From assembly GCF_006345805.1 (NCBI RefSeq), contig NC_043006.1, positions 48,980,001-49,044,000 of the forward strand: a stretch of DNA of 64,000 nt. Direction: 5' to 3'. Origin of the DNA: Octopus sinensis. Its lineage: Eukaryota. The translations under genes were made by a program, and so were the position numbers. Below the pieces are notes generated by a model. That model did no database searches, had not been told where the DNA came from, and saw nothing but the letters and a program-made list of their open reading frames with translations. Positions 51,069 to 64,000 of this stretch are shown here, one piece after another. Within the stretch, counting starts at the first letter, position 1. Each line of letters opens with the position of its first letter.

Positions 51069-51884
51069 ATATATAAAAATCAACAAAAAGAATATGGTGA
51101 ACTTGCCATAAAGAATGGAAAATTCCATGTTTTGGACTGAGCTCTTCTCCAAGGAAATGTTGACAGGAGCACCCCTTGGGGAAGATGTGATACCCTGGTG
51201 TCTCTTTTTAAGTTTGTTCTTGTCAACTTTTTCTTTAAGGATGATTTTGTCAGAATTGCTGGGTTTTCCACTCCTCACAACAAGTTTGCAGTACTCTTTT
51301 TATTGATTTTAATAAATAATACAAGTTTTGCTGTGTGTATGTAATTATGGGTGCATGTTAGTTGGAGTGTCATAACAAAATGCACCAAGTATATCCTGCA
51401 CAGTGTGGTGAACAAACAGAGACAATGAAAGAAAGAGATGTCTCTTTTGTCTTGCTGAGGACATGACAACCTCAATAGTGCTGGCGCACTGAGTATACAC
51501 TGTCAGATGAATTGGAATACAAATGGAAACAATAAAGAACAGAGAAAACATTTTAGTTTAGCCAAAGACAAAGCAATCTCTCTGTGTTGGTGCCACGATA
51601 AAATGCATCCAGTGTACTTTGTGAAGTAGTTGGCTATAGAATGGACATAATGGAGGGTAGAGAGTGCTTGTTACATAAACTAATGAAGGATATAGAAGGG
51701 ACTTGTTAAATGTTATAAGGTGGTCCATGTTAGAAAGTGTATCCAGCCTTAGAAAACATGACAAATATGGTATGTACAAGTGAGACTTTATCTCTAACCC
51801 ATCTAAGAGTGCAGCAATTCCAAATAAGGAGACAATTCATGACAACCTGTCCAACTCATGCTGGTAAAGAAAAGTGGATATAGT

Positions 51885-52156
51885 GTGGTGATGGTGATGG
51901 TGGTAATGGTAATGATGATGAGGAGGAGGGAAAGAAGAGACAAGGAAGGGAAGAGGAGGAGACAAGGGAGGGCAGAGGAGGAGCCGAGGGAGAGGAGAGT
52001 AGGAAGAGAAAGTGTTGAAGGAGGAGGAGAAACTGGAGGAGTATGAAGAGAACAACAAAGTAGGAGGAGGCAGACAATAAAGGGAAGGGGAGAGGAGGTG
52101 GGAAGGGAAGTGAGAGGAGGGAAGGAGTAGGAGGAAAAGGAGGAGGACAACGAGGA
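51885..52156. repeat. Polypurine G/A-rich low-complexity tract
   Basis: Directly visible. Confidence 0.9.
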
Positions 52157-52627
52157 GTCTTTTTCTTTTTTTTTTTCTGCCATCAAATATTTTATTTTCA
52201 TGAATAAATACACACTACTAAAATTACAAGAGTCAATTTTCTGATCAAGATCTGAGTGGAAACATCAGATATCATTTATTCTCATTTGGCACTCAGACGA
52301 ACTTCACTGTTTTAATAATCATGCCTTCCAAACGAGAAAATTCAAGGAATTTATTCACCAAAAGATTCCAGCCATATTTGAGACTCGGATTACGATACTT
52401 GAGGGTAGTGGTAGTAGTTGTAGTAATAGCAGTGGTAGCTGAACTTAGTCCACCAATAAGTCTTGGAAGACAATATTTCAAACACAGACAATAAGTTCCT
52501 CAAAACTTTGTCTAATTTCTTCAAAACTACTGACTTACTTTGAAATGAAAATGTTTGGTTAGAAGCAGTTCTATAATAATCATGGGATATTTGTAGTAGA
52601 ATAAATTACTCCCTCTCTCTTATTCTT

Positions 52628-52666
<39 letters not shown>

Positions 52667-52917
52667 GTATTCAGGCAGTCAGCCAGGAATCTAAAGTAAA
52701 GGAATGCAATAGCTGAGCTAAACGGGAGAAAGAGATTGTGAATCTATACTTACATGTTGAAAAAGACAAGTGGGAAAGAGATTATTAACTAGTTGTATGT
52801 TGGATTTTCCAATTTCTTGACCTCTTTCTGTGAGGTGTAGTCATAAGCCTTCTCCAACCTTCCCCTCACCATACAGGTTTAAGGAAATATTTTCTCTATA
52901 ACAGGTGCTAGATTAAA

Positions 52918-52956
<39 letters not shown>

Positions 52957-53074
52957 CACGTTAAAAAAAATAGCTAAAGAATAAAGGAAAATATTTCATA
53001 GAAGTAAGAAAGATAGACCAATAAAATGTTTCCCAGGAAATTCTTCTTCATCCCCACCACACACAAAATACACA

Positions 53075-53232
53075 TAGGCTCTGGCATGGCTTGTAGTAAA
53101 AGGTTTGCTTCCAAACCACATGGTTCTGGGTTCAGTTCCACCACATGGCACATTAGGCAAGTGGCTTTAACTATAGCCTTGGGTCAGCCAAAGCCTTGAG
53201 AGTGAATTTGGCAAACAAAAACTGAAAGAAGC

Positions 53233-53280
<48 letters not shown>

Positions 53281-53438
53281 CCCACCACTGCTTGGCAAGA
53301 GGTGTTGGTGTGTTTATGTCCCTGTAACTTAATGGTTCGGCAAAAGAGACCATGATTTAAAAAAGCACCATGATTTTAATAAAAGTAACTACTGAGGTCA
53401 TTTCAGTGCTCTAACATGGCCACAGTCAAAAAGATGAT
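53075..53438 (+). mobile_element. Group A SINE, source-like twin of 50788-51068
   Basis: Shares private variants (gcacattagg; gagaccatga..aaagtaactactgag). Confidence 0.85.
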
Positions 53439-53854
53439 GGGTAGCAGGGAGCGGGGTATAAATAGAGGAAAGGATTGTGCCATTTGGCTTAGGATGTTTT
53501 TTTGTTTTTTTCCCATTAGATTGTATTTTACAACAGGGTGTGTTTGTGTACCTTTCAGGTGTTATTCTCACTCACATTAAATCCACAAGTAAGTTTATTG
53601 TGTGAAACATTTATAAAAATAGATTACAGAACAAAATACAATCTCTTCACCACCACCACCACCACTATCAGGAAAAGTAACACAAGTGTCCAACTCTATT
53701 AAATAAGATTTATACAAATGCACCACACACACATACACACATAAGCACACACACACAGTTTATGAAATTATGTAACACAATCTTTCCTATTACTTACATA
53801 CACACACATGATATGAATGCATAGTATAATCCTCCCCATTGCACACACACACAT

Positions 53855-54070
53855 TCTTTTCTACTCAAGGCACAAGACCTGAAATTTTAGGGGAGGGGCC
53901 AGTTGATTAGATCGACTCCAGTATGCAACTGGTACTTAATTTATTGACCCCCAGAAGGATGAACAGCAAAGTCAACCTCGGCAGAATTTGAACTCAGAAT
54001 TTGAAGACAGACGAAATACCACTAAGTATTTCGCCCAATGTGTTAACATTTCTGCCAGTTCACTGCCTTA
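53855..54070 (-). mobile_element. SINE group C
   Basis: Colinear with 8686-8917. Confidence 0.85.
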
Positions 54071-54164
54071 TATATCATATATATAATATATAATATATTA
54101 TATATATAATATATAACATATTACATATATAATATCTAATATATTATATATGTTATATATAAAA

Positions 54165-54405
54165 TAAATGTGCCCTTTTAAAGCCTAGTCAGGCTCATGT
54201 GCCCAGTTTCCCGGTTTCAATGGTGTATGTGTTCCCCAGCTGGACGGGACACCAGTCCATCGCATCGTTACTCATTTTTATCAGCTGAGTGGACTAGAGC
54301 AACATGAAATGAAGTGTTTCGCTCTAGAACACAACGTGTCGCCCAGTCCAAGAACTGAAACCACAATCTTACGATCATGATGCTGACAACCTAACCACTA
54401 AGCCA
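54165..54405 (-). mobile_element. SINE group B, tail type 4
   Basis: Head and core like 48540-48672 but with a different 3' part; related copy near 63200-63405. Confidence 0.75.
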
Positions 54406-54641
54406 CACCAGGCTCCAATCTGATCTGGCAAGGTTTCTACAGCTGGATGCTCTTCCTAATGCCAACCACTCCAAGAGTGTAGTAGGTGCTTTTTTACATG
54501 CCACCAGCATAGGATTCAGTCAGGCAGCGCTAGCATCAACCATGCTCGTATGGTGCTTTTTACCCGTGCCAATGAGGCGGTACTGACATCAGCCATAACA
54601 ACGATTTCACTTGCCTAAACATTAGATACATACACTCAATA

Positions 54642-54683
<42 letters not shown>

Positions 54684-55286
54684 TATATATATATGGCACA
54701 ATCTGCCAACTCTAGAGTTACAACTAGCCAAATAAATACAGCATATGAAATTATTGGTTAGAGAACAACTCAGCAAGATTCTTCAGATAAAAAGAAAAAT
54801 AGAAAGAGAGAAAAAAAAGAATGAAATAACAAAGAAATATAGAAATTCATACAAGATGACAATGCATGTGTCAAGTTGAACATATTCTGTGAAATTGCTA
54901 TTGCTACTCATAATATTTGGTGATAATGATATCTTTTTGAGACTAGCAAAATACAATATATGAGATAGAGTATACGCTATTAAAGAGCTGTAGCCTGAAA
55001 TGTCAGCTGTTTCCACTGTTCTTAGCAACCAGACTTGCTGACACCCGACAAACTCTGCTAGATCTACTTTTACCATTGTTGCCAAGACAGACATTCATCA
55101 GTTTCCTCGTATTTCAAATTTTTACCCTTTTGGTTTTGTGGTACAGAAATTTGCTTCAAGACTCTATGTAGTCTAAAGTTTGGTTCTATCATGTGACATC
55201 TTATTCTATAGCTTAAATCTTGTGAGTGAAAATGGTAAGTGTAATAGATGGAAACAATATACATATTTGCATATATGTATGCATGT

Positions 55287-55323
<37 letters not shown>

Positions 55324-56009
55324 GTAATCATATATCTTTTAATTGTTTCAGTCATTGAGCTGTGGCCATGCTGGGGTACTGCTTGAACTTGTTTCTTTTT
55401 AAGCCTGGTACTTACTTTATTGGTCTCTTTTTGCCAAGCTGCTAAGTTACATGGATGTAAACAAACCAACATTGATAGTGGTGGTGGTGATGGGAACAAA
55501 CACCAATATATATATATTCTTTTGTCTCAGTCATTTGACTGCAGTCATGCTGGAGCACCACCTTTAGTCGAGCAAATCGACCCCACCCCCAGGACATTTT
55601 CTATGTAAGCCTAGTACTTATTCTATCGGTCTCTCTTGCTGAACTGCTAAGTTACGGGGGACATAAACACCGATAGAATAAGCCTATGTAGTAGAAGACA
55701 CTTGCTCAAGATGCCATACAATGGAACTGAACTTGGAACCATTTGGCTGGTAAGCAAGCTACTTACCACACAACCACTCCAGTGCCTAAATAGATGTGTG
55801 ACAGGCTTCTTTCAGTTTCCATCTACCAAATCAACTCACATGATTCTGGTCAGCCTAGGACTATAGTAGAAGACAATTGCTAAAAGTGTCAAAAGTCAAG
55901 AGTTGGGGGAAGGGGTGAAGATTAATTTTTCCAAAATGAATTCCATATAATTACAGCCATTAGCTACATGATTCTCTGAATACTTATTTTATACTATTCT
56001 TTTACATCT

Positions 56010-57150
56010 CATCAGCATCATTTAACATCTGTTGTCCATGCCAGCATGGATTTGACGGTTTGACCGGGCTGGCACACTGGAAGGCTGCACCAGACTCTCG
56101 TCTGATTTGGCATGGTTTTCTATGGCTGGATGCTCTTCCTAACGCCCAAACACTCCAAGAGGGTAATGGGTGCTTTTACATGCCACTGGCATGGGTGCCA
56201 TTTGCATGAAACCGGGGTGCTTTTATGTGCTGCTGGCAAAGGTGCCAGTTTGCGTGACACCAGGATGTCATGACTCCAATTTTGCTCAGGTTGATGGGTT
56301 TTCTTCTCAAGCATGACATAATGCCAACGGTTTCAGTCATTGCCTCCGTAAGGCCCAACACTCAAAAGGAACTCAGCCACTTTGCCTCCATGAGGCCAAA
56401 CACTTGAAAGGGGTTCTTTACATGCCACCAGCACAGGTGCACTTGACTTAACGGGTCCTCTCAAGCACAGCACATCGCCAAAGGTCTTGGTCACTAGTCA
56501 TTGCCTCTGTGAGGCTCAAAGTTTGAAGATCATGCTTCACCAGCTCGTCCCATATCTTCCTGGGTCTACCTCTACCACAGGTTTCCTCCAAAGAGATCGG
56601 CACTTCATTACACAGCTGTCCTCATCCATGGACATCAAATGACCATACCAGCACAGTTGTCTCTCTTGCACACCACATCTGATGCCTCTTATGCCTAACT
56701 TTTCTCTCGAGATGCTTACACTGTCAAACATTCACACTGACATTGCACATCCAGTGAAGCATACTGGCTTCATTTCTTTCAAGGCTACACATGTCCTTGG
56801 CTGTCACAGTCCATGTTTCACTATCATGTAGTATAGCTGTTTGCACACAGGCATCGAACAATCTGCCTTCCACTCTGAGTTGCCAGTAGTGGTAGGAGTT
56901 CTCTGAACTTTACCCTTCCTAATCTTATTCTCACAGCTACGCTCTCGGAACATCCATCTCCATTACTAATTTGGTCAACTAGATAACGGAAGCTATCTAC
57001 TACCTCTAGCTTGCACCCCTTGGTAGTTGATGGAGTCTATTTTATGCCCATTTTCAGTATTTATTGTACCTGTGCATCTTCCGCATACAAAAGCTAGTTT
57101 CCTTGTTAACCTTCCCCTGATATTGTTACACCTTTTATGTGTCCAAAGCT
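56010..57150 (-). mobile_element. Longest RTE LINE fragment (RT C-terminal region plus 3' UTR), frameshifted
   Basis: LEVVDSFRYLVDQIS, GRLFDACVQTAILHDSETW, REKLGIRGIRCGVQERQLCWYGHL, CGRGRPRKIWDE, then UTR and (GAT) tail. Confidence 0.92.
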
Positions 57151-57160
57151 TGTGTGTATG

Positions 57161-57219
<59 letters not shown>

Positions 57220-57223
<4 letters not shown>

Positions 57224-57523
57224 GCACAATGCCCCAGTGGTTAGGGCAGTGAACTTGTGGTCGTAGGATCGTGATTTTGATTCCCAGACCGGGCGTTTTG
57301 AGTGTTTATTGAACGAAAACACCTAAAAAGCTCCACGAGGCTCCGGCAGCAGGGGGTGGCAATCCCTACTGTACTCTTTCGCCACAACTTTCTCTCACTC
57401 TTTCTTCTGTTGGCCTGATTACTTAGCCAGTGGGGTGGCATCATGTGAAGGCTAAAACAATGCGAAGTGCATTGTGACCAGCGATGTGTAGCAACATCTG
57501 ATAGCCTGGTCAGTCACGGTGAT
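57220..57523 (+). mobile_element. tRNA-derived SINE with the 24496-type head and body but tail type 3, inserted in (TA)n
   Basis: The first ~180 nt match 24498-24678, then it diverges to ...gcattgtgaccagcgatgtgtagcaacatctgatagcctggtc. Confidence 0.85.
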
Positions 57524-57879
57524 ATATATATACATACAAATGAGTCTGGAGGGATATATTATCCAGGAGGAGACTATATTAGCTCTCAGTGAATTCTTCC
57601 AATGGGTAATTCCAAGTACTCGTCACTGGACAGTAAAAATTGTCTGAAGTATAATATTAATATTAATGTATGAAGACTTGTACATCCACAAATGAACTAT
57701 AAAATAAATTTTGTGGATGAACAAGTCTCCATAGTCTTTATTATTGCTAATAAATATATATATATATATATAAAACACACACACTCACACATAGACATAT
57801 GTGTATGTATGTGATAGAGTGAGAGAAAGAGAGAGAGACTGTGTACTTGTAAATGGATGTGCCTTATAACTGACACTGC

Positions 57880-58720
57880 TTCAGAAATGTATGCTTGTGT
57901 CCCACAAATGCTCATCTAGTCAGCTGGAGTTGGCAGTTAGCAATCCATTTCTACATCATTTCCAGATTGTAGGAAAGATTTTAGTGTACAGGATCCATCA
58001 TTATCACTTCGAGGTACAGCTTAGCATCATCTGCATATTCAAATTACCATCTATTTCCATTAATATATGCAACAAACAAGGGAGGCCTTCAGTAATCTGA
58101 CCCATGTGAGGACTGCAGAGAGAGAGAGAAAGCCAACTGGAGAGTGAGGCCTCTGTTTCAAGTGCACATATTTCCAGAACACTTGACTATCTGAAACAGT
58201 TACAAATGAAATTTAAGTACTGCCTTTTTTAGTCATCAGCTGGATATTATTGGACTCAGTTGTGCCTTCTTCCATTATCCTCTGTATTCACATTCGGTAT
58301 TTTGTTCTCCTTTCATGGCAAGACTGCTGTCACTCAAATTGCACTTTGGGGGTTTCTGATGCATTTTTGTGGTACTGATACTTGGCATATGGCCCAGATT
58401 GAAGTGGAAATGCACTAAAGGATATTGACATCTCTAATACTAAATAATACTGCAGTTTTAGTGTTGTGATTCAGTGTACAATAAAAATTCCAGTCAGCTT
58501 TGCTCCAGTTACAGTAAGCAGTTTGGTAGTGATGGCAGCTTTTCTTTCTGCTCACAAGAAACAGATTGGCAATATTATAGCATAGTTGGCATTACCTAAA
58601 TGTTCCTCAGTAGTGATGCTGATTTTAGGAATAGTGGTAAATAACACATCCAATGTGTTGTTACTTCTTGGAGGGAAATGACAACTTGGAACCATTCTAA
58701 TTCAGCACTAAATCAAGAAA
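57880..58720 (-). mobile_element. Decayed LINE RT fragments
   Basis: FEYADDAKL (YADD at 58026-58037); an LGHM..PK-like C-terminal remnant near 58330-58400 is out of order, so these are separate fragments. Confidence 0.55.
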
Positions 58721-58722
58721 AG

Positions 58723-58898
58723 TAAGTAGCTTGCTTACCAACCACATGGTTCTGAGTTCAGTCCCACTGCGTGGCACCTTGAGCAAGTGTCTTCTACTAT
58801 AGCCTCAGGCTGACCAAAACCTTGTGAGTGGATTTGGCAGACGGAAACTGAAAGAAGCCCGTCGTATATATATGTGTGTATATATATATATATATATC

Positions 58899-58929
<31 letters not shown>

Positions 58930-59143
58930 GTGTATATGTTTATGTCTGTGTTTATCCCCCCAACATCGCTTGACAATTGATGCTGGTGTTTTTACGTCCC
59001 CGTAACTTAGCGGTTCGGCAAAAGAGTCTGATAGAATAAGTACTAGGCTTGCAAAGAATAAGTCCTGAGGTCGATTTGCTCAACTAAAAAAGGTAGTGCT
59101 CCAGCATGGCCACAGTCAAATGACTGAAACAAGTAAAAGAGTA
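58723..59143 (+). mobile_element. Group A SINE
   Basis: Colinear with 7165-7542. Confidence 0.9.
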
Positions 59144-59146
59144 AAG

Positions 59147-59179
<33 letters not shown>

Positions 59180-59239
59180 CATGCACATATAAATCTACAA
59201 GCATACATATGTATACATATATTCAATATTTTTCCTGTT

Positions 59240-59560
59240 ATTACAAATGTACTGAGTATAGTTTGGTGTGTAATCCATTGCTCTGTTTAACACAACCATC
59301 CAATGATTCTAGAATGCCTTTATTAGAGTTGCCAGCATTTGCTTTATATCTAAGGATAAGTCCATCTCTTGATACACTGCTTGCAACTACAATGGTCTGC
59401 AATTGCAGTGTCTGTCCTTCATTGTTTCCAACCATATGACAGTGTACTCAATGCACCAACACTATGGAGGTTGCCATGCCCTCAGCAAGACAAAAGAGAT
59501 ATAGCATGGTCACAACCTTATGAATAATGCTTCTGGAGGCTGCCCTTTTTTTATGGCAAA
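59240..59560 (-). mobile_element. Decayed LINE endonuclease N-terminal region; paralogous copy at ~51430-51550 (+)
   Basis: ctcttttgtcttgctgagg.catg.caacctc.atagtg.tgg.gca.tgagta shared in inverted orientation; YTVIW resembles the APE YTxxWxG motif. Confidence 0.45.
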
Positions 59561-60209
59561 CCCAATAGCCTGGCTAGTGTGTGTTGCTCAGTATAGTCTT
59601 TGAGTTCCCCCTCCTACCCATTACCTATACAGGCTTATAGTGATAAAAAAAAAACTACCCACATAAAACCAACACCTTGGGTGAACTGCTTCCACTGACC
59701 CCCCAGCCAGTGTCCAACTATGCTTCTGGGCAAACCCACACTTGACCACTGATTTCTAGCTGGGCTAGTAACAGAGATCAAAGTTTAGTTATACCAAACC
59801 ATGAGCCATGAGTTCTAAATTCTTTGTCCCATCCCCTACCAAGCTCAAAAGCCCTTCAAAGGTTATGAGTACTACTCACCCACTGTTTAGTGAAGCCATT
59901 AAAAAAAAAGTGTAAAAATAAATGCTAGGTAGTGTGGTCACATCAACAAAGATCCCAATAGATTTTTCTTTCTTTTAACTGGGCAGGCAGTTATAGATTA
60001 CTCACAATTGCAATACAAGTACATACATGCAGGAGAGACATGAAACAATATGATACAGAGTATGGAGTGATGGGAAGCAAAAGGAAAAGAGAAATGTAGA
60101 AGAAGAGAGTCTCATATCTGATAAGAAAACAAGCAACATCATTATTATATATACAATGCAATCACAGCAAACATCTTTTTATCATATGCAAAATCAATTA
60201 GAAACTCAC

Positions 60210-60398
60210 TTCATTAGCCACAGATAAAACCTGTAACAGCAGTACAACTTGGAGCACATAACCATAGCAGAATAACTGAAGGTTTACCCAAATACCATTA
60301 TAAAGAAGACCAGTTCTAACAGCATCAATGGAATTCACATATTTTGGCATAACTAAAACAATGGGATTCAACAGAAACTTTTGTGAAAACAACCGTCT
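60210..60398 (-). CDS. Candidate internal exon, 189 nt, phase-0 frame fully open; product unknown
   Basis: ttttttttccttttccgcattcag|AGACGG...AATGAA|gtgagt; frame RRLFSQKFLLNPIVLVMPKYVNSIDAVRTGLLYNGIWVNLQLFCYGYVLQVVLLLQVLSVANE; unique sequence; could equally be a UTR or lncRNA exon. Confidence 0.4.
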
Positions 60399-60958
60399 CT
60401 GAATGCGGAAAAGGAAAAAAAATCCAGCAGTCATTAAATGGATTAGTGAATAGTAATTTGCCTATTTTCATCTTGTATTTGTTAATTCTGACCAAAATCT
60501 ACCAGACATGTTTCAATATCCAGAATTTTTTAAAGGAATGGCTGTGTGGTTAAGAAACTTGCTTTACAACCAAGTGTGTCACCTTGGGAAAGTGACTTTG
60601 GCTATAGCCCAGAGCCAGTCAATGTCTTGTGAATGAATTTGGTAAAGGGAAATTGTGTGGAAACCTGTTGCATATATCTGTGTGTGTGTGTGTGTCTCAT
60701 AACCACTTGACAAAACAGTGCTGGTTTATTTATGTCCCTGTGACTTGGTCCAGCAAAAAGAGACAAAGAAACCAATAAAATAAGTACCAGATTTTAAAAA
60801 ATAAGTGCTGTGTTGGTTGTTTGACTACCCCACCCCCATTGCAGTGCTACAGTATGGCCACAGTCCAAAGACTGAAACAAGTAAATGAGAAAAGAATGTC
60901 TATATTCTTTTAACAACCACAGGAGATCAGTTTTGCCAGGCTCTCTGCACTGGGTGTC

Positions 60959-62383
60959 TTTTTTTTTTTTCTGGGCGTCAGATAATGTAGTACGTTTGAA
61001 GGCATGGGCAGATATGGGTCTGAAAGATATGCAATTCTATAGATTCATCTATATTTTGATTATTTAGACATTATCGGGTTAATCAAGCAATCAAGTCATT
61101 AAAATATTATTTTTTTTACATATTGTAAATCAGTTATGGATAAACTGTGACCTATAGGACTTCTTGAATGACACATCGATGAAAAATTACCTTGAAATTT
61201 TTTTTAGTAGTGTAACCCGCCTGATAATGAGCCATGTTTCATAAAGCCCACTTCTTGAAAATGGTTATTCATGCTTGCCCCCAAATCACAGGATAATATA
61301 CCCACAAAGTCTAGCAAATAAAAGTTTAGCAGATAGGTTGAAATTGTTATATTTGGGGAGGTTTTTCTCATTGAAAGATGATATTTTGGTGTTGCGAAAT
61401 ATCCAAGGTGGTTGACTGATGGTAGTAGCAGGGCTTAGCATTTGATGCCTAACAATCACATCTTTCTGTGTTCTGACCTCAAATTTTGCTGAAGTCAATA
61501 AGTACCAGCTACATTCTGCTGTGTTGATTCAAATGTGTGTAAGACCTTCCTTACAAAATAGTTTTTTTTTTTTTTTCTGAGAGTCAGATAATGCAGTACG
61601 TTTAAAAGCATGGGCAGATATGGGTTTGAAAGATATGCAATTCTATAGATTCATCTGTATTTTGCATCAATATAAACCATTAATGCCAAAAAACTTACCT
61701 AAGAACTTATTGCTTTTGCTTTCTCACTTTTAGAATTTACATTTTAGCAACATTATTGATATTGCATGCAAGCAATTGTAATATTTGGCAGCTGGAAAGC
61801 TGACAAAAGCATTAGCAATGCTGAGAAAAATGCTTAGTGGCATTTTGTTCATCTTCAAGTTCTGAGTTCAAATTCCGCCAAGGCTGACTTTGCCTTTCAT
61901 CCTTTCAGGGTTGATAAAATAAGTGCCACATGAAAACTGGGGTTGCTGTAATTGACTTAGCCCCTCTCCTGAAACTGCTGGCCTTAGGCCAGAATTTGAA
62001 ACCAATATTTTGCAGTTATTGCAGAATTTATATATCAGAAAATTTAATCTTTTTTTTTTATTCATTTTTTATCAAACACACCTTTTACTCTTAAATAAAC
62101 CCCCAAATCTTTTATTCATCCGTATTTTGATTATTTAGACATTATCAGGTTAATCAAGCAATCAAGTCATTAAAATAATTTTTTTTTTTCTTTTCACATG
62201 TTGTAAATCAATTATGAGTATAATGTGACCTACAGGACTTCTTGAATGACACATCGATGAAAAATTACCTTGAAATTTTTTTAATAGTGTAACCCACCTG
62301 ATAATGAGTCATGTTTCATAAAGCCTACTTCTTGAAAAAAGGTTACTCATGCTTGCCCCAAATCACAGGATAATATACCCACA
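60959..62383. repeat. Local direct duplication of ~350 bp (60959-61306 and 61562-62383), second copy interrupted
   Basis: Both start with polyT-ctg.g.gtcagataatg and end atcacaggataatatacccaca. Confidence 0.9.
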
Positions 62384-62711
62384 TATAAAAAAAAACAGGT
62401 TCACTACAGCACAACTGCCATTCAAATAAATCTCCAATCATCTATTTCTATACCATTGAAATACAAGAAAAGGTGATCTAGACAAGAGATCTTACTCGTC
62501 ATCTTTTAACTCCGACCCTGAATAAGATACCTAAAATAACTTTGAATGTTCCAGTTTGTATGACTTAAAAAAATATATAAATAAATAAATAAATAAATAA
62601 AAACTCAAGTCCAACAGAAATAAGCGGTGGCCTTTATCTGTAAAAAGGTATCCAATAAATGGATGAAACTTGCGTACTCTGAGGAGGAAGGAATTAGAAA
62701 TCCAGATATTT

Positions 62712-63117
62712 TTATTCTTTTACTTGATTCAATCATTTGACTGCGGCCATGCTAGGGCATCGCCTTTAGTCGAACAAATCAACTGCAGGACTAATTCTTT
62801 GTAAGCTTAGTAATTATTCTCTTTTGCCAAACCACTAAGTTACGGGGACATAAACACACCAACATCAGTTTTCAAGCAATGGTGGGAAGACTAACACAGA
62901 CACACAAACACACACACACATATATATATATATACATACACACACACACACACATTATGGGCTTCTTTCAGTTTCCGTCAACCAAATCCACTCACAAGGC
63001 TTTGGTCGATTCGAGACTATAGTAGAAGACACTTGCCCAAGGTGCCACGCAGTGGGACTGAACCCGGAACCATGTGGTTTGTAAGTAAGCTACTTACTAC
63101 AGGGCCACTCCTGTGCC
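62712..63117 (-). mobile_element. Full-length group A SINE
   Basis: Reverse complement of 7150-7542. Confidence 0.9.
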
Positions 63118-63419
63118 TTTCTTACTTCACCACTGTATTGGTAAAGTTTAAGAATTTAAAAGGATAACCTTCATTCACAAGTTATAGAAACTCACAGAAC
63201 CAGTTTCCTGGTTTCTGCAGTGTATATATCCACCATCCCTGGATGAGACGCTGATCCATCACAGGAATACTCATTTTTGCCAATTGAATGGACTGTACCA
63301 ATGTGAAATTAAGTGGCTTGCTCAAGAACAATGCATCACCCAGTCTGTGAATCAAAACCACAATCTTATAATCACAAGTTCAGGGTCCTATTAACTAAGC
63401 CACATACCGACCCCTTTTA

Positions 63420-63820
63420 GCATGCTGGACGAAATGCTTAGCAGTATTTCGCCCATCGCTACTTTCTGAGTTCAAATTCTGCTGAGGTCGACTTTGCTTT
63501 TCATCCTTTCAGGGTCGATGAATTAAGTACCAGTGAAACACTGGGGTCAATGTAATCGACTTATCCTCTTCCCCAAAATGGCTGCCCTTGTCGCAAAATT
63601 TTAAACATCACCATCATCACTTAATATCCGCTTTTCATGCTAGCATGGGTTGGACGGTTTGACTGAAGACTGGCAAGCCAGTAGGCTGCACAGGGCTCCA
63701 ATCTGATCTGGCAAGGTTTCTACCATTGGGTGCCCTTCCTAATGCCAACTTCTCCAAGAGTGTAGTGGATGCTTTTTACGTGCCACTGGCACAGACGCTA
63801 GTCAGGGGGCACTGGCAACC
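63420..63820. mobile_element. Group C SINE (+, 63420-63605) abutting an RTE 3' UTR (-, 63610-63820)
   Basis: Colinear with other copies in the window. Confidence 0.85.
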
Positions 63821-64000
63821 ATTATTATTATTATTATTATCATTATGCTACATATATATATTATTTTATGAAACATGGCAATTTGCTCTGTTTTCAGTTC
63901 TCACAGGCAACTCAGCCACTAGGTTGGAGAGAGGGGTATTGTAGCCCCTTCACATGAAAAATTAGTTTTAAACTGCAGATAACCAGAAGTCAATGAACTC

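Overview
AT-rich, repeat-saturated eukaryotic DNA with no recognisable intact protein-coding gene. The SINE/LINE repertoire and microsatellite load look like an Octopus (coleoid cephalopod) genome; this is recognition of repeat families, not a database result. The window reads as intronic or intergenic sequence. It holds dozens of tRNA-derived SINEs in three main groups, many fragments of RTE-clade LINEs (including an abundant 3' UTR ending in (GAT)n), mariner, hAT-like and piggyBac-like MITEs, one complete non-autonomous Helitron and a probable Helentron-type HINE. Almost all listed ORFs are artefacts of repeats. A few splice-site-bounded segments may be exons of a host transcript; the best is 60210-60398 on the minus strand. 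The most unusual signal is four long fold-back palindromes (13.9, 15.6, 16.0 and 37.6 kb). At least two carry decayed minimal hammerhead-ribozyme cores in both arms, as in Penelope-like retroelement termini. One of them also places a tRNA-like Pol III B-box upstream of the hammerhead core in each arm. Repeat boundaries are read by eye and are approximate unless TSD or TIR coordinates are given.
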